DNA of 62,451 nucleotides, counting the filler, from Spirochaetales bacterium (GTDB lineage: Bacteria > Spirochaetota > Spirochaetia > Treponematales > UBA12059), in NCBI GenBank assembly GCA_016928955.1. It is 3 parts of 3 records of this genome, joined end to end, with 100 filler letters (N's around TTAATTAATTAA, not from the genome) between each part and the next. Parts side by side here need not be neighbours in the genome. Positions count along the whole stretch, not along the records: positions 24,317 to 51,720 come from JAFGJV010000028.1; 2 more parts are not named here. One strand, written 5' to 3'. The notes under the pieces were generated by a model. That model was not told where the DNA came from and ran no database searches. It was given only the letters and a program-made list of their open reading frames with translations. The position numbers and the translations under genes were made by a program. Positions 39,166 to 49,276 of this stretch are shown piece by piece (position 1 is the first letter of the stretch; each line of letters starts with the position of its first letter).

Positions 39166-39822
39166 TTACGCGCCGCCTGTGAACAAGGCCGCCAGTATGA
39201 CAAAGTCGTATGCTCCGTGGGCCCAGGCCAGGGCGTGCACGCTTGAGCCCCGCAGCCAGGCCACGGCCAGCACGGCGCCCATCACGGCGGACGTGGCCAT
39301 GCCCGCGGCTCCCTGGTAGGCGTGGCCGGCGGCAAAGGCCAGCACGGACACGGCCAGGGCCTCCAGGTCCCGGGCGCCAAAACGCCTGGCCCAGCGGAGT
39401 ACCCAGGCCCGGTAAAACAGCTCTTCCCGGTAGCCCACGGCCGCCGCGTACGCCGCCGCCAGGGCCAGAGTGGCTGGCAGGGGCCAGCCGGGAGCCGCTT
39501 TGGCCGCCAATGCCCCGGCCGATCCGCCGCCCAGCACGGCAGACGCCGTAAGGCCAACGGCCAGGAGAACGGCCAGCAGTATGGCCGCTCCGGGCAGGTC
39601 GCCGAGCCTGGGCCTGCGGACACCGTACTCATGGGGCGGTCCCAGAAAGCCGATACTGACAAGGAGGAACAGTGTCTGGGACGCGGACTGGGCCAGGCCG
39701 GCCCACAGCCAGGTGTGCGCGTATTCGGCGGGCACTACCGGCGCAAACTGGGGTATAATGACTGCCGCGCTGACGGCCAGCGCCGGCCAAACGCCTTGGG
39801 CGGCGCGCTCTCCGGATACCAT
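39166..39822 (-). CDS. CPBP-family (CAAX/Abi) intramembrane metalloprotease
   Basis: EELFYR, FAAGHAYQG, HGAYD motifs within TM helices. Confidence 0.88.
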   Translation of the reverse strand: MVSGERAAQGVWPALAVSAAVIIPQFAPVVPAEYAHTWLWAGLAQSASQTLFLLVSIGFLGPPHEYGVRRPRLGDLPGAAILLAVLLAVGLTASAVLGGGSAGALAAKAAPGWPLPATLALAAAYAAAVGYREELFYRAWVLRWARRFGARDLEALAVSVLAFAAGHAYQGAAGMATSAVMGAVLAVAWLRGSSVHALAWAHGAYDFVILAALFTGGA

Positions 39823-39906
39823 GGACCCAGTATAGCAGAACGGGTTCCCGGCGCCTGGGCAAAACGCGCCCGGCGGCGCGCATTTCGCGATACGGCAGGT
39901 GAATAC

Positions 39907-40956
39907 TTGGTAAACGCGCTTCTGATCGTCGTCGTCATCCTCCTCCTGGTGTCCGTCACCCTATTGATGAGGGGGGACCGGCGTTTTTCTCCCCTTGAGT
40001 ACTATGCCCGCGGCAAGGAAGTGGGCTTTACCCTGTCAGAGTCCAAGCTGATCAAGGACACGGCAACCATGGCCCGCCTTGAGGATCCCACCGCCGTGTT
40101 CTGGTCCATACGCGAGCTGGACGCGTGCATACGCGCCTTTACCCGGCGCTTCAAGGCGGAGGGCCGGGACCGCGAGCGGGGCACCATAGCGTTCATGGAA
40201 AAACTGTACGACTTCCGCAAGCGACTGGAGTTCGACCAACCCAAATACCACCTGGGTATCCGCTCGTCGCGTTCCATACGGCCAAACCAGCGCCTGCGCC
40301 TCCTTGTGCCCGGGCTGGGCGTGTTTTCGTCCACGGTGGTGGACGCCAACGAACGCTACCTGATGGTGTCCTATCCCGTGGGCGGCAGGGTGCCGCCCGG
40401 CTTCCAGTGGAAGGGCCTCCGGGTGTCCGTGTATTTCTGGCGGCAGGACGACGCGGGCTACGTGTTCGACAGCTACGTGCTTGAGGACCTGCGCATACGG
40501 AACATACCCGTGCTTCAGATAGGCCATTCAGAGTCGCTGTTCCGCACCCAGAAGCGCCGGTCCCTGCGCCTGCGCTCCCGCGTGCCCGCCTACCTATATA
40601 TATTGAAGCGCCTGGAAGGCGCGTACGAGAAACCCGAGCGCGTGCCCGGCATGAAGTGCGTGGTGCAGGACCTGTCGGAGGACGGCGTGGCCGTGCTGAT
40701 AGGCGGCAAGGCCAAGGTGGGGCTCCTGGTCAAGGTCCAGTTCTACGTGGGTGACGACCAGCTTGTGGTCAGCGGCACGGTGCGCGGGGCCGAATACCAG
40801 GCCGAGAAGAACCAGTCCATACTCCACGTGGAGGCCGTGGCCCCCAGCCCGCGCATGCGCAACCTGATCAGGGCCCACGTGTACAACATACGCCAGGGCG
40901 ACCCCGGAGTGGGCGCGGGCGGCACCGCGCTGGACGACAGGGCTTTTTCCGGGTAA
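39907..40956 (+). CDS. PilZ-domain protein with N-terminal TM (flagellar-brake-like)
   Basis: QKRRSLR (RxxxR) and DLSEDG (DxSxxG); start approximate (the ORF-track extension overlaps the CPBP gene). Confidence 0.85.
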   Translation: MVNALLIVVVILLLVSVTLLMRGDRRFSPLEYYARGKEVGFTLSESKLIKDTATMARLEDPTAVFWSIRELDACIRAFTRRFKAEGRDRERGTIAFMEKLYDFRKRLEFDQPKYHLGIRSSRSIRPNQRLRLLVPGLGVFSSTVVDANERYLMVSYPVGGRVPPGFQWKGLRVSVYFWRQDDAGYVFDSYVLEDLRIRNIPVLQIGHSESLFRTQKRRSLRLRSRVPAYLYILKRLEGAYEKPERVPGMKCVVQDLSEDGVAVLIGGKAKVGLLVKVQFYVGDDQLVVSGTVRGAEYQAEKNQSILHVEAVAPSPRMRNLIRAHVYNIRQGDPGVGAGGTALDDRAFSG

Positions 40957-41058
40957 GCTTTGCCTTAAGGCCGGTTCATGCCGCTCGGACGAGCGTTCGG
41001 AACCGGCAGCCGGGGCGCGGGGCCGTAACCACGGCGGCGCCGCGGTGGTTACGGGGGT

Positions 41059-42246
41059 ATGATGCGCAGACTGAGAGCCATGCTCGCCCTTGCGGTGGCG
41101 CTGGGACCGCTGGCCTGGGCCCAGGACGCCAACGAACTCATAGACACCTACCGCAGGAATTTCGCGCGCTCGTCCCTGGGCACCAAGGTCGAGCTCCTCA
41201 AGGAAGCGGCCGGTTACAAGGACGTGAACCTGGGACCGCTGTACCACACGGCCATAGAATTCGTGCTCAACAATTCGTCGCTCATAGGCACGGACGCCCT
41301 CATGCTGGAGATGGCGGCTTTTTCCGTGTCCATGATCAAGCAGAGCGGCTACGCGGAGGCGGCCGACGACCTGTGGAGCCTCTTTGGAATCTACCGGGAC
41401 ACGTCCATACGCGTGCCCATACTCCAGGCCCTGGCCACGGTGGGCAAGGGCAACGACTCCACGGTGCTTGAGCTCAACGCCTTCCTGGACTCGCAGGTTG
41501 TCCTGTTCAAGTCCGGCGCCCAGCCGGACCTGGCCGTGATGGACGCAGCCATACAGGCCGTGGGCGGCCTTGGCGACGAGTCCAGTTTCCCCTACCTGTT
41601 CGCCGCCTACAACGCTGGCGCGGGCAGGACCATCAGCGACCGGGCGGCCGCCGCCATGGCGTCCCTTGAGGGCGACTACGCGTCCTTCCTGGCGGGCATA
41701 CTGCGCCGGGGCACCCTGGCAGAGAAGCTGGCGGCGCTCCAGGCGGCGCTCCGCGACGGAGCCCTGCAGGCGGAAAACCGCGCCGAGCTGTCCGAGTCGG
41801 CGCTGTCCGCCGGCCTGGAAACCCAGGGATCCAACGCGGTGGACCAGAAAATGCTGGTGGACCTCCGGTCGCAGGCGGCGCGCGAGCTGGCGGCCCAGAA
41901 GTGGCAGCGGGCGTCGCCCCTGGCCGTCAAGCATTTTTACGACTACCAGGTCATGTACAACCGGGGCCAGCTGGCCAAATCGGACTTTCTTGAGTCCATA
42001 GCCCTGCTCGGGGCCATGGGTACCCAGGAAGCGGCCCAGGCCCTGTCCCTGTACCTCCAGCTGATCAACACGGAAACCGAGCAGGGCAAGTCCTACGACG
42101 AGCAGATCACCCTGGCCGTGGTCAACAACCTCGGGCTCCTGGGCGACAAAAACGCCTTTGACTACCTGCTCTACATCGGCTACCTGCAGTATCCCGATTC
42201 GGTCAAGCGGGCCGCCCGCGACGCCCTCCAGAAACTCCGCTGGTAG
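41059..42246 (+). CDS. Exported HEAT-repeat protein
   Basis: Signal peptide AWA, repeated ALA.VG / AVG.LGD / LG.LGD helices. Confidence 0.8.
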   Translation: MMRRLRAMLALAVALGPLAWAQDANELIDTYRRNFARSSLGTKVELLKEAAGYKDVNLGPLYHTAIEFVLNNSSLIGTDALMLEMAAFSVSMIKQSGYAEAADDLWSLFGIYRDTSIRVPILQALATVGKGNDSTVLELNAFLDSQVVLFKSGAQPDLAVMDAAIQAVGGLGDESSFPYLFAAYNAGAGRTISDRAAAAMASLEGDYASFLAGILRRGTLAEKLAALQAALRDGALQAENRAELSESALSAGLETQGSNAVDQKMLVDLRSQAARELAAQKWQRASPLAVKHFYDYQVMYNRGQLAKSDFLESIALLGAMGTQEAAQALSLYLQLINTETEQGKSYDEQITLAVVNNLGLLGDKNAFDYLLYIGYLQYPDSVKRAARDALQKLRW

Positions 42247-42324
42247 CTTCCCACCAGGTGGTGCAAGGGCTTGAGTAGACGGGCCGTCCGCAAGCGCGGG
42301 CGGTCCGTTTGACGTATACGGGGC

Positions 42325-44055
42325 ATGAACGCCACAAAAGCAGCCGGTCCGCTCCGGCCCCTGCGCATGCTGGCCGCCGCGTCGGCGCTATTTGTCTATT
42401 TGGACCCGGGAACGGGCGGCCGCGGATGGCGGGCGGCCCTGCTTGCGCTCTGCGCGCTTGTCTATGCCGCCTGGCTGGGGCTGGCCAAAGGCCGGCGGAG
42501 CGCGGGCCGCTCGGCCATGCTGGCGGTGGCGGCCGGCTTGGCCTTGGGCTGGCTGGCCTGCGTCCGGATAGACGCCGCTGAGGCTGCCGGGGGAGGGCTG
42601 GCGTCCGGGGCGCCCTTAGGCATAACGACCCTCACGGCCCGGGTGACCGGGGACGGGAGCCTGGGCGCCAAGGCCATGCGCAGGCATGAGGTGACCCTGG
42701 AGTGCGGCCAAGGCGACGGCGTCCGGGTGAGCATGAGCGGACGGGCCTGGGTATATGTCCGCGGCGGCGACAGCCTGCCCCGGGGGGCGGTGGTGGAATT
42801 CCCGGCCGCCACCCAGGCGGCGGACCGGCGCTATTTTGTCGAGCTGGCCCACCTGACCATACTCAAGGCTCCCCCCGCCCTGGAAGGTTTCCGATTCAGG
42901 CTGAGGACAGGCCTCCTTGCCGTACTGGCCAGGGCCGGGGGCCGGGCGGGGCCCCTCCTTGAGGCTCTGCTTGTTGGGGTGCGGGACGAGCTGGACGCCG
43001 ACCTGTCGGCCGCTTTCCGGGACTCAGGATGCGCCCATATCCTGGCCTTGTCCGGCCAGCACCTTGGCATACTGGCTGCCCTGGCGGCGGCGCTCCTGGG
43101 GCCGCTCATGGGTCCCATACGCGCCAGGCGGCTGTCCTGCGTGCTCGTCGTCTTCTATTTGTGGCTCGTGGGACCGTCCCCATCGGTGACCAGGGCCGCC
43201 GTCATGTACTGGCTGGCGGCTTTGTGCGCAGAGCTGGACCGGCCCCAGCCCGTGTCTGACCATCTGTGCGCGGCCTTTGCGCTGGCCCTGATACTGGAGC
43301 CTGCCCAGGCGCGGACCCTGTCCTTCCAGCTGTCCTATCTGGCCGTGTTGGGCATGGCCCTCTGCGGAGGATTGCATGAATTCCTCCTGGCACGCTGGCT
43401 ACCGCCAAAACTGGCCCGCGGCATGGCGGCTGGCACGTCTGCCCTGTCGGCCACGGCCCCGCTCGGGGTCATGTCTTTTGGCCGGCTGAACCCGTTGTCC
43501 CCGGCGGCGTCGCTGGCGGCCGGGCCCCTGGTGTCGGCGCTCATGTGGCTGGGCCTGGCCGGGGCGGCCGTAGTCGCCCTGGTGCCGCGCTCGTTCCGCC
43601 TGGTGCGGCTCCCCTGCGAGGCCGTGTACGGACTGCTGTCCCGTCTCATGGGCACGGCAGCCAGGTTTCCCGCCGTGACGGCGGCCAGGGCGGGAGACGG
43701 CGGAAAACTCGCGCTGGCCGGGCTCGTTGCCGCGCTGGCCGCCCTCGTGTATGCTGTGCCCTATGCCGCCTACCGAGCCGGGCTTGCCCGATACAGAGCA
43801 AAACCAGAGTCGCCTGGTCGCTCCCGTGGACTACGACTCGCCCAAGGAGCTGGCCGCCCTGCTGGACAGCCTGGGCTTTGCCATGCAGAAGCGCTTTGGG
43901 CAGAACTTCCTGATAGCCCCTCGGGCCAGAAGCAGGATTCTGGACCTCCTGGAGGCGGAGTCGGGCCGCCGCGTGTGGGAGGTAGGGCCAGGCGCGGGCG
44001 CCATGACCCTGGAAGCCCTGCGCGCCGGCCTGGCCTTGAGCGCCTTCGAGATTGA
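42325..44055 (+). CDS. comEC: ComEC/Rec2-family competence protein (no beta-lactamase domain)
   Basis: ALLVG.RD.L, FRDSG.AHILALSGQH, PSVTRA..M, SFQLSYLA; 3' end overlaps rsmA. Confidence 0.85.
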   Translation: MNATKAAGPLRPLRMLAAASALFVYLDPGTGGRGWRAALLALCALVYAAWLGLAKGRRSAGRSAMLAVAAGLALGWLACVRIDAAEAAGGGLASGAPLGITTLTARVTGDGSLGAKAMRRHEVTLECGQGDGVRVSMSGRAWVYVRGGDSLPRGAVVEFPAATQAADRRYFVELAHLTILKAPPALEGFRFRLRTGLLAVLARAGGRAGPLLEALLVGVRDELDADLSAAFRDSGCAHILALSGQHLGILAALAAALLGPLMGPIRARRLSCVLVVFYLWLVGPSPSVTRAAVMYWLAALCAELDRPQPVSDHLCAAFALALILEPAQARTLSFQLSYLAVLGMALCGGLHEFLLARWLPPKLARGMAAGTSALSATAPLGVMSFGRLNPLSPAASLAAGPLVSALMWLGLAGAAVVALVPRSFRLVRLPCEAVYGLLSRLMGTAARFPAVTAARAGDGGKLALAGLVAALAALVYAVPYAAYRAGLARYRAKPESPGRSRGLRLAQGAGRPAGQPGLCHAEALWAELPDSPSGQKQDSGPPGGGVGPPRVGGRARRGRHDPGSPARRPGLERLRD

Positions 44056-44668
44056 CCGCGGCTTTTCGTCGTTCCTGCGCGGCGCGTACGGGGACGTGCC
44101 CGGCTTTGAGCTCTTTGAGGGTGACTTTGTGCGCACCTGGCCGGATGCCCTAGCCGCGTCTGGCAGGCCAACCCGGGCCTTTGGTAACCTGCCCTACAAC
44201 GCCGCCGGCGCCATAGTTGCTTCTTTAATAGAAGGCGGCGCTCGGCCTGAGCGCATGGTGTTCACCGTCCAGAAGGAAGCGGCCGCCCGCATGGCGGCGT
44301 CGCCGGGCACCAAGAACTACGCGGCCTTTACCGTGCTGTGCCGCTCTGCATACGAGGTCAAGCAGTCCTTTGACCTGCCGCCGGGCGTGTTCTGGCCCCA
44401 GCCCAGGGTCACGTCCACCGTGGTGCTCATGAAGGCGCGTCCGGACGCCCTGGCCTGCGCGGGCAGGAAGGATTTTACCACCTTTACCAGGATGGCCTTT
44501 GCGTCCAGGCGCAAGACCCTGCGCAACAACCTGCGCGCCGCGGGCTGGTCCGACGAGCAGGTGGCCGCGGCTGCCGGGGCGGCCGGCCTGTCTGTGGACG
44601 CGCGGGCGGAAACCCTGTCCCCTGAGGAGCTGTCGGCCCTCTTTGGCGGCTTGCCAACGCGGCCGTAA
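43826..44668 (+). CDS. rsmA: 16S rRNA adenine dimethyltransferase RsmA/KsgA
   Basis: KRFGQNFL, EVGPGAG, EID, GNLPYN, VQKE.A.R, F.P.PRVTS, RRKTLRNNL, RAETL; start GTG 43826 approximate. Confidence 0.95.
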   Translation: MDYDSPKELAALLDSLGFAMQKRFGQNFLIAPRARSRILDLLEAESGRRVWEVGPGAGAMTLEALRAGLALSAFEIDRGFSSFLRGAYGDVPGFELFEGDFVRTWPDALAASGRPTRAFGNLPYNAAGAIVASLIEGGARPERMVFTVQKEAAARMAASPGTKNYAAFTVLCRSAYEVKQSFDLPPGVFWPQPRVTSTVVLMKARPDALACAGRKDFTTFTRMAFASRRKTLRNNLRAAGWSDEQVAAAAGAAGLSVDARAETLSPEELSALFGGLPTRP

Positions 44669-44688
44669 AACAATATCATCGCTCTGGT

Positions 44689-45060
44689 ATGAACGAAGTC
44701 CCACTGAGTTTTGTCGACGAGGATACCCTGGACACCATCCTGGCCGAGGATGTGAGTTTTACAGGCACCCTGTCGTTCAAGGAACCGCTGATGATCAAGG
44801 GCCGCGTGTCCGGATCCATCCGCACGGAAAGCGACCTCCACATAGACGAAAAGGCCGTGGTCGAGGCCGACATCAACGCGGCCAACGTGACCGTGCGCGG
44901 CCTGGTCAAGGGCAACATCGTGGCCACCGGCCGGGTTGAGCTCTTTTCGTCGTGCACGGTCAACGGCGATGTCAGGGCTGCCCAGGTGACCATGGAGCCG
45001 GGCTGCCGTTTCAACGGCGTGTGCACCATGACGGGCGCCAGAGATGCCGGCCAGGCGTAA
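44689..45060 (+). CDS. Bactofilin (polymer-forming cytoskeletal protein)
   Basis: TIL..DV.FTG.L, IKG.V.G.I, V.G.VKGNI, GC.FNG.C.M. Confidence 0.92.
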   Translation: MNEVPLSFVDEDTLDTILAEDVSFTGTLSFKEPLMIKGRVSGSIRTESDLHIDEKAVVEADINAANVTVRGLVKGNIVATGRVELFSSCTVNGDVRAAQVTMEPGCRFNGVCTMTGARDAGQA

Positions 45061-45670
45061 CGCGGCCATCGTCCTGTGCCTGGTCCTGGCGGCGCAGGCA
45101 TGGGCCCAGGCCAAGCCGGACGCCCTCAAGCTGTACCGTGAGGGCAAGTACGACCAGGCGCGCGCCGTGTGCCTGGCGGAAATCGAGCAGGCGCCGGGCA
45201 ACATGGAATCCTACGTGGTGCTCGGATGGAGCCTTTTGGCCCTCGGCCGCTACGCCGACGCGGAACTGTACGGCACGCGCGCCTACGAGAGCATACGGCG
45301 GGACCCCCGGATCGTGGAAATCCTGGGGGAGGCTGCGTACCACCAGGGCAAGAACGACCAGGCCCTGGAGCGCTTCGAGCAGTACGTCAATCTCCTGCCG
45401 GACGGCGAGCGCCTGGGAACCGTGTATTTTTTCATGGGCGAGATATACCTGCGCCAGGAGCTCTGGTCGCACGCCGACATAGCCTTCCGCACGGCCGTCC
45501 AGTACGAGCCGGGCAAGGCCGCATGGTGGACCCGTCTGGGCTACGCGCGGGAAAAGAACCGGGACTGGACCTGGGCCCTTGAGGCATACGAAAAAGCCCT
45601 GGAGCTGGACCCGGCCGCCAAAGACGCCCGCCTGGGCCGCGACAGGGTCAGGGCCGAGCTCCGGGCCTGA
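45044..45670 (+). CDS. Exported TPR protein
   Basis: Signal peptide and TPR patterns (LG.A.Y..G....A, AYEKALELDP). Confidence 0.85.
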   Translation: MPARRNAAIVLCLVLAAQAWAQAKPDALKLYREGKYDQARAVCLAEIEQAPGNMESYVVLGWSLLALGRYADAELYGTRAYESIRRDPRIVEILGEAAYHQGKNDQALERFEQYVNLLPDGERLGTVYFFMGEIYLRQELWSHADIAFRTAVQYEPGKAAWWTRLGYAREKNRDWTWALEAYEKALELDPAAKDARLGRDRVRAELRA

Positions 45671-45681
45671 CGGATTAGCGC

Positions 45682-47127
45682 GTGACCCCAACCGTATCCT
45701 TCCGCACCTTTGGCTGCAGGCTCAACCAGACGGAAACAGAGGCCGCTTCCGCAGCCTTCAGGGCGGCTGGCTTTGCCGTGCTCGCTTTTGACCAGCCGGC
45801 CAACGTGGTCGTGTTCAATACCTGCACCGTGACCAGCAAGGCCGAGCAGAAGGCCAGGCGCGAGCTCAGGCTGGCCGTCCGCAGGTCCCCGGACGCCGTG
45901 ATCGTGGCCACCGGTTGTTACGCGGAGCTGGACCCAGCCGCCCTGGCCGAGCTGGCGCCGCGCGTGGTCGTCCTGCCCGGCTCGCGGAAGGGCGCCCTTC
46001 CGACCCTGGCCGCCGACCTGGCCGCAGCCTTTGCCGAGGGCCTGGATCCCCTGGACGAGGCCCGCAGGAGCGTGGCGGCGGCCGAGGGCGCGAGCGTCGA
46101 TCCTTTCTTTTTTGACCCGGGCGACTACCGCCACCGGTCCAGGGCCGCGCTCAAGGTTCAGGACGGATGCAACAACCGCTGTACCTACTGCAGGGTGTGC
46201 CTGGCCAGGGGACGTTCCGTCAGCCTAGATCCCGCCCTGGCGCTGGAGCGCGCCCGCGTGCTCGAGGGACTCGGCTATCCGGAAATCGTGCTGACCGGCG
46301 TCAATCTGTCCCACTACCGGGCCGGGGGCTTGGGCTTTCCGGGGCTGGTCGAGCTCCTGGCGCGGGAAACCGACCATGTTGCCTACCGCGTGTCGTCCTG
46401 GGAGCCGGATGGAGTGGACGACGCTTTTCTCCGGGCTTTTGCCCTGCCCAGGGTGCGGCCCCACCTCCACCTGGCCACGCAATCCGGCTCTGACGCGGTC
46501 CTGCGGGCCATGGGCAGGGCGTACCGCCGGGCGGACGTGCTGCGGGCCGTGTCCGACGCGCGGGCGGCCAAGGGCGACCCCTTCATAGGCATGGACCTGA
46601 TCATGGGTTTTCCCGGCGAGGGCGACGACGAATTTGTCGACAGCGTGGACCTGATCCAGCGTACGGCTCCGGCCTGGGTGCACGCCTTTACCTTCAGCCC
46701 CCGGCCCGGCACCAAGGCCTTTGGCATGAAGCCCAGGGTGCCCGAACGGCTGGCCGTGGAACGGGCAGCCAGGGTGGCCGAACTGGCCGTCCGGGGCCGG
46801 GCGGACTTTGCGTCCCGCCGCGTGGGCAAGACGCTTCTGGCCGTGCCCGAGCTGGCTGACGGCGACCGCCCCCTGGCCAGGACCGAGCACGACGACGAGG
46901 GCGCGGCCTTGTTCCGCGCCAGGGTGGCGGCAAACGGCTTGTCGGTTCTGGTGGCCGAGCCGGCCGCGCGCTCGACTGGCCCGGTGACGGTGCGGGCCGT
47001 GTCGGCGGATTACCTCAAGCTGGACGTCCGTGGCCTGCCCCCGGATGCCCGCGGGGAGTTTTCCTGCAGGGTCACGGGCGCGGCCAACGGCTCGGATGCC
47101 GACCTTGCGGCCGAATACCGGCCCTGA
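45682..47127 (+). CDS. mtaB: tRNA t6A methylthiotransferase MtaB (radical SAM)
   Basis: TFGCRLNQ.E, NTCTVT, TGCYA, LKVQDGCNNRCTYC, EIVLTGVNL, QSGSD, GFPGE, FTFSPRPGT. Confidence 0.9.
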   Translation: MTPTVSFRTFGCRLNQTETEAASAAFRAAGFAVLAFDQPANVVVFNTCTVTSKAEQKARRELRLAVRRSPDAVIVATGCYAELDPAALAELAPRVVVLPGSRKGALPTLAADLAAAFAEGLDPLDEARRSVAAAEGASVDPFFFDPGDYRHRSRAALKVQDGCNNRCTYCRVCLARGRSVSLDPALALERARVLEGLGYPEIVLTGVNLSHYRAGGLGFPGLVELLARETDHVAYRVSSWEPDGVDDAFLRAFALPRVRPHLHLATQSGSDAVLRAMGRAYRRADVLRAVSDARAAKGDPFIGMDLIMGFPGEGDDEFVDSVDLIQRTAPAWVHAFTFSPRPGTKAFGMKPRVPERLAVERAARVAELAVRGRADFASRRVGKTLLAVPELADGDRPLARTEHDDEGAALFRARVAANGLSVLVAEPAARSTGPVTVRAVSADYLKLDVRGLPPDARGEFSCRVTGAANGSDADLAAEYRP

Positions 47128-47217
47128 GCGCCCGCGGGCGCTTGATTTACGCCGGCTTCGCGGTAGATTTATGGTAGACGCTTGTCGCCGTCAGCGACAG
47201 CCTGGGGAGGTACCAGA

Positions 47218-48024
47218 ATGAATAGAGTGCTCGCCATTGTCGTCGCCGTGATAGCGGCCCTATCCCTGGCTTCCTGCGATTTCCTGGACAGCATCCTGGG
47301 CGTCAACATATTCGAGGCGCGCTACGAGCTGTCCGCCGACGAAGCGGCGAATATGAGCGTGGACGAGCTGTCCACCGAGGCCGACAATCCCGGCTTTTTC
47401 GAGGCCGTGGCCGAGGATCCTGCGCTTGAGGACGAAATCCTGGCCGAGGTCGACGATGTCATAGCCGATCCCGGTTCCACGGACGCCGAGGTGGAAGCTG
47501 CGGCCATCCTGGGCGCCGAGGTGCTGATCTACGGCTCCCCGGCAGGCGAGCTCATCAACAACGCGGCCAGCGAACTGCCCTACCTGATGGACACGCCCCC
47601 GGACTCAGGAGAGAGCATCCGGGACTTCGTATCGTCCATCATACCCCCGTCTCTGTACGTGGACGGCGTGCTGGACCGCGCGGCTTTCACGCTGATGGTG
47701 GACGACCTGTTGGCGTCGCTTACCTATTTTGAGACCATCGGCACGCTACTGGAGGCGAACGGCGGGGACTACCTGGATCCGGAAGCCAACGCCGGCGAAA
47801 TAGCCCAGAACGCCCTGGTGGCCGCCATGGTCAATGCCGTGACGCCGTCCGCAACATGGTTGGTACTCAATCCGGGCGGAAGCCTGGGCGACTATCTTTT
47901 TGATCTTCTGACCGACGAGACAACGGATCCGCCTGACTCGTATCTTCCTCCGGATTCGGAGACAGGGTACCTGTACTGGATACTGGAAGCCGCCGGCATG
48001 GGCGACATTAACCTGAGAGCCTGA
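47218..48024 (+). CDS. Acidic lipoprotein, function unknown
   Basis: GGAGG RBS, lipobox LASC. Confidence 0.8.
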   Translation: MNRVLAIVVAVIAALSLASCDFLDSILGVNIFEARYELSADEAANMSVDELSTEADNPGFFEAVAEDPALEDEILAEVDDVIADPGSTDAEVEAAAILGAEVLIYGSPAGELINNAASELPYLMDTPPDSGESIRDFVSSIIPPSLYVDGVLDRAAFTLMVDDLLASLTYFETIGTLLEANGGDYLDPEANAGEIAQNALVAAMVNAVTPSATWLVLNPGGSLGDYLFDLLTDETTDPPDSYLPPDSETGYLYWILEAAGMGDINLRA

Positions 48025-48035
48025 GGAGGGTGACC

Positions 48036-49190
48036 ATGAAACGCATCATCGTCCTGACCCTGCTGCTGGTCGCCGCCGTGGTTCCCGTCCTGGCCCAGGC
48101 CAGGCTGGACGCCGTGTCGCCCAAGGATCCCAGGACCATGGCCCTGGGAGGCGCCTTTGTGGCCCTGGCGGATGGTTACGCGGCCTTCTACGGCAACCCC
48201 GCGGCCTTTGCCGGGGAGGATAAGGAACTGACCATCGCGTCGTTCAATCCCTGGGCCTACGTGTCGTCTACCACCGAGAACCTGGCCCTGCTCCAGGCCG
48301 CCCTCTCCGATGGCGAGTACGCCATAGAGGCGCTCAATTCCCTGATCACCACAAACGGCCTTGGCATTGGCGCCAGCGCCGGGCTGGGCTGGGTGGGCAA
48401 AGGCCTGGGCATAGGCCTGGTGGCCACCTTTGACAGCTACGTGTACGGCAGAAACGCTCTGGGCGCCATGGGGCCCCTGGACGCCCAGCTGGAGGCCGTG
48501 TTCGGCGTGGGCACCCATCTTTCCCTCTTTGGGCTGAATTTCAGCGTGGGCGGGGACATCCGGCCCTATCTCAGGATGACCGGCCAGGTCAGCTCCGAAC
48601 AGATGGTGGGCATACTGACCGGCGAGCTTGATCCGGCGGGCGCGGTCATGGCCCTGCCCGTGGACGTAGGCTTTGGCCTGGCCGCCGACCTTGGCGCCCG
48701 CCTGGAGCTTGGGCGCCTTTTGTCCGTGGGCCTGGCCATCCGCGACATAGGCACCCGGCAGACCTTGAGCTCGTCCACCGTGGGCGAGGTGCTCGATGGT
48801 CTGGCGTCCGGGAGCCTGCCGTCAGGGGGCGCGGACAGCGAGTACGCTTTCCTTCCGAACATAACGATAGGCGCGGCCCTCCGGCCCCTGCCCGAGGACC
48901 TGTCCAGGACCATAGACCTGCTTATCCTGTTCGAGATCCAGGATCCCGTGCGGGTGATAGCCGACCAACAGAGTTTCTGGCAGCTCTTGCACCTGGGCGT
49001 GGAGGCGGAGTTCTTTGGGGGGACCTTGGCTCTCCGCGCGGGCGTCAACGAGGGCTACCTGTCCCTGGGCGCCGGCCTGGACCTCTTCGTCGCGGAGGCC
49101 AGCATCGCGGTGTTCGCGGAGGAAATGGGTCTGTACCCCGGCCAGTGGCCGCGCGTGGGCATGTCCGCTGAACTGGCCATACGTTTCTGA
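48036..49190 (+). CDS. Outer-membrane beta-barrel protein (FadL/TraF-like)
   Basis: Signal peptide, R.MALGGA...FYGNPA, amphipathic strands, LRAG, C-terminal F. Confidence 0.75.
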   Translation: MKRIIVLTLLLVAAVVPVLAQARLDAVSPKDPRTMALGGAFVALADGYAAFYGNPAAFAGEDKELTIASFNPWAYVSSTTENLALLQAALSDGEYAIEALNSLITTNGLGIGASAGLGWVGKGLGIGLVATFDSYVYGRNALGAMGPLDAQLEAVFGVGTHLSLFGLNFSVGGDIRPYLRMTGQVSSEQMVGILTGELDPAGAVMALPVDVGFGLAADLGARLELGRLLSVGLAIRDIGTRQTLSSSTVGEVLDGLASGSLPSGGADSEYAFLPNITIGAALRPLPEDLSRTIDLLILFEIQDPVRVIADQQSFWQLLHLGVEAEFFGGTLALRAGVNEGYLSLGAGLDLFVAEASIAVFAEEMGLYPGQWPRVGMSAELAIRF

Positions 49191-49276
49191 GCAACTGACA
49201 GGCGGCCCTTGGCTTTTTGGTCTGGCCTGCCGATACATGAAGAGGCGCGGCCTTTGGGGCCGGAAAGGATAGAGAC

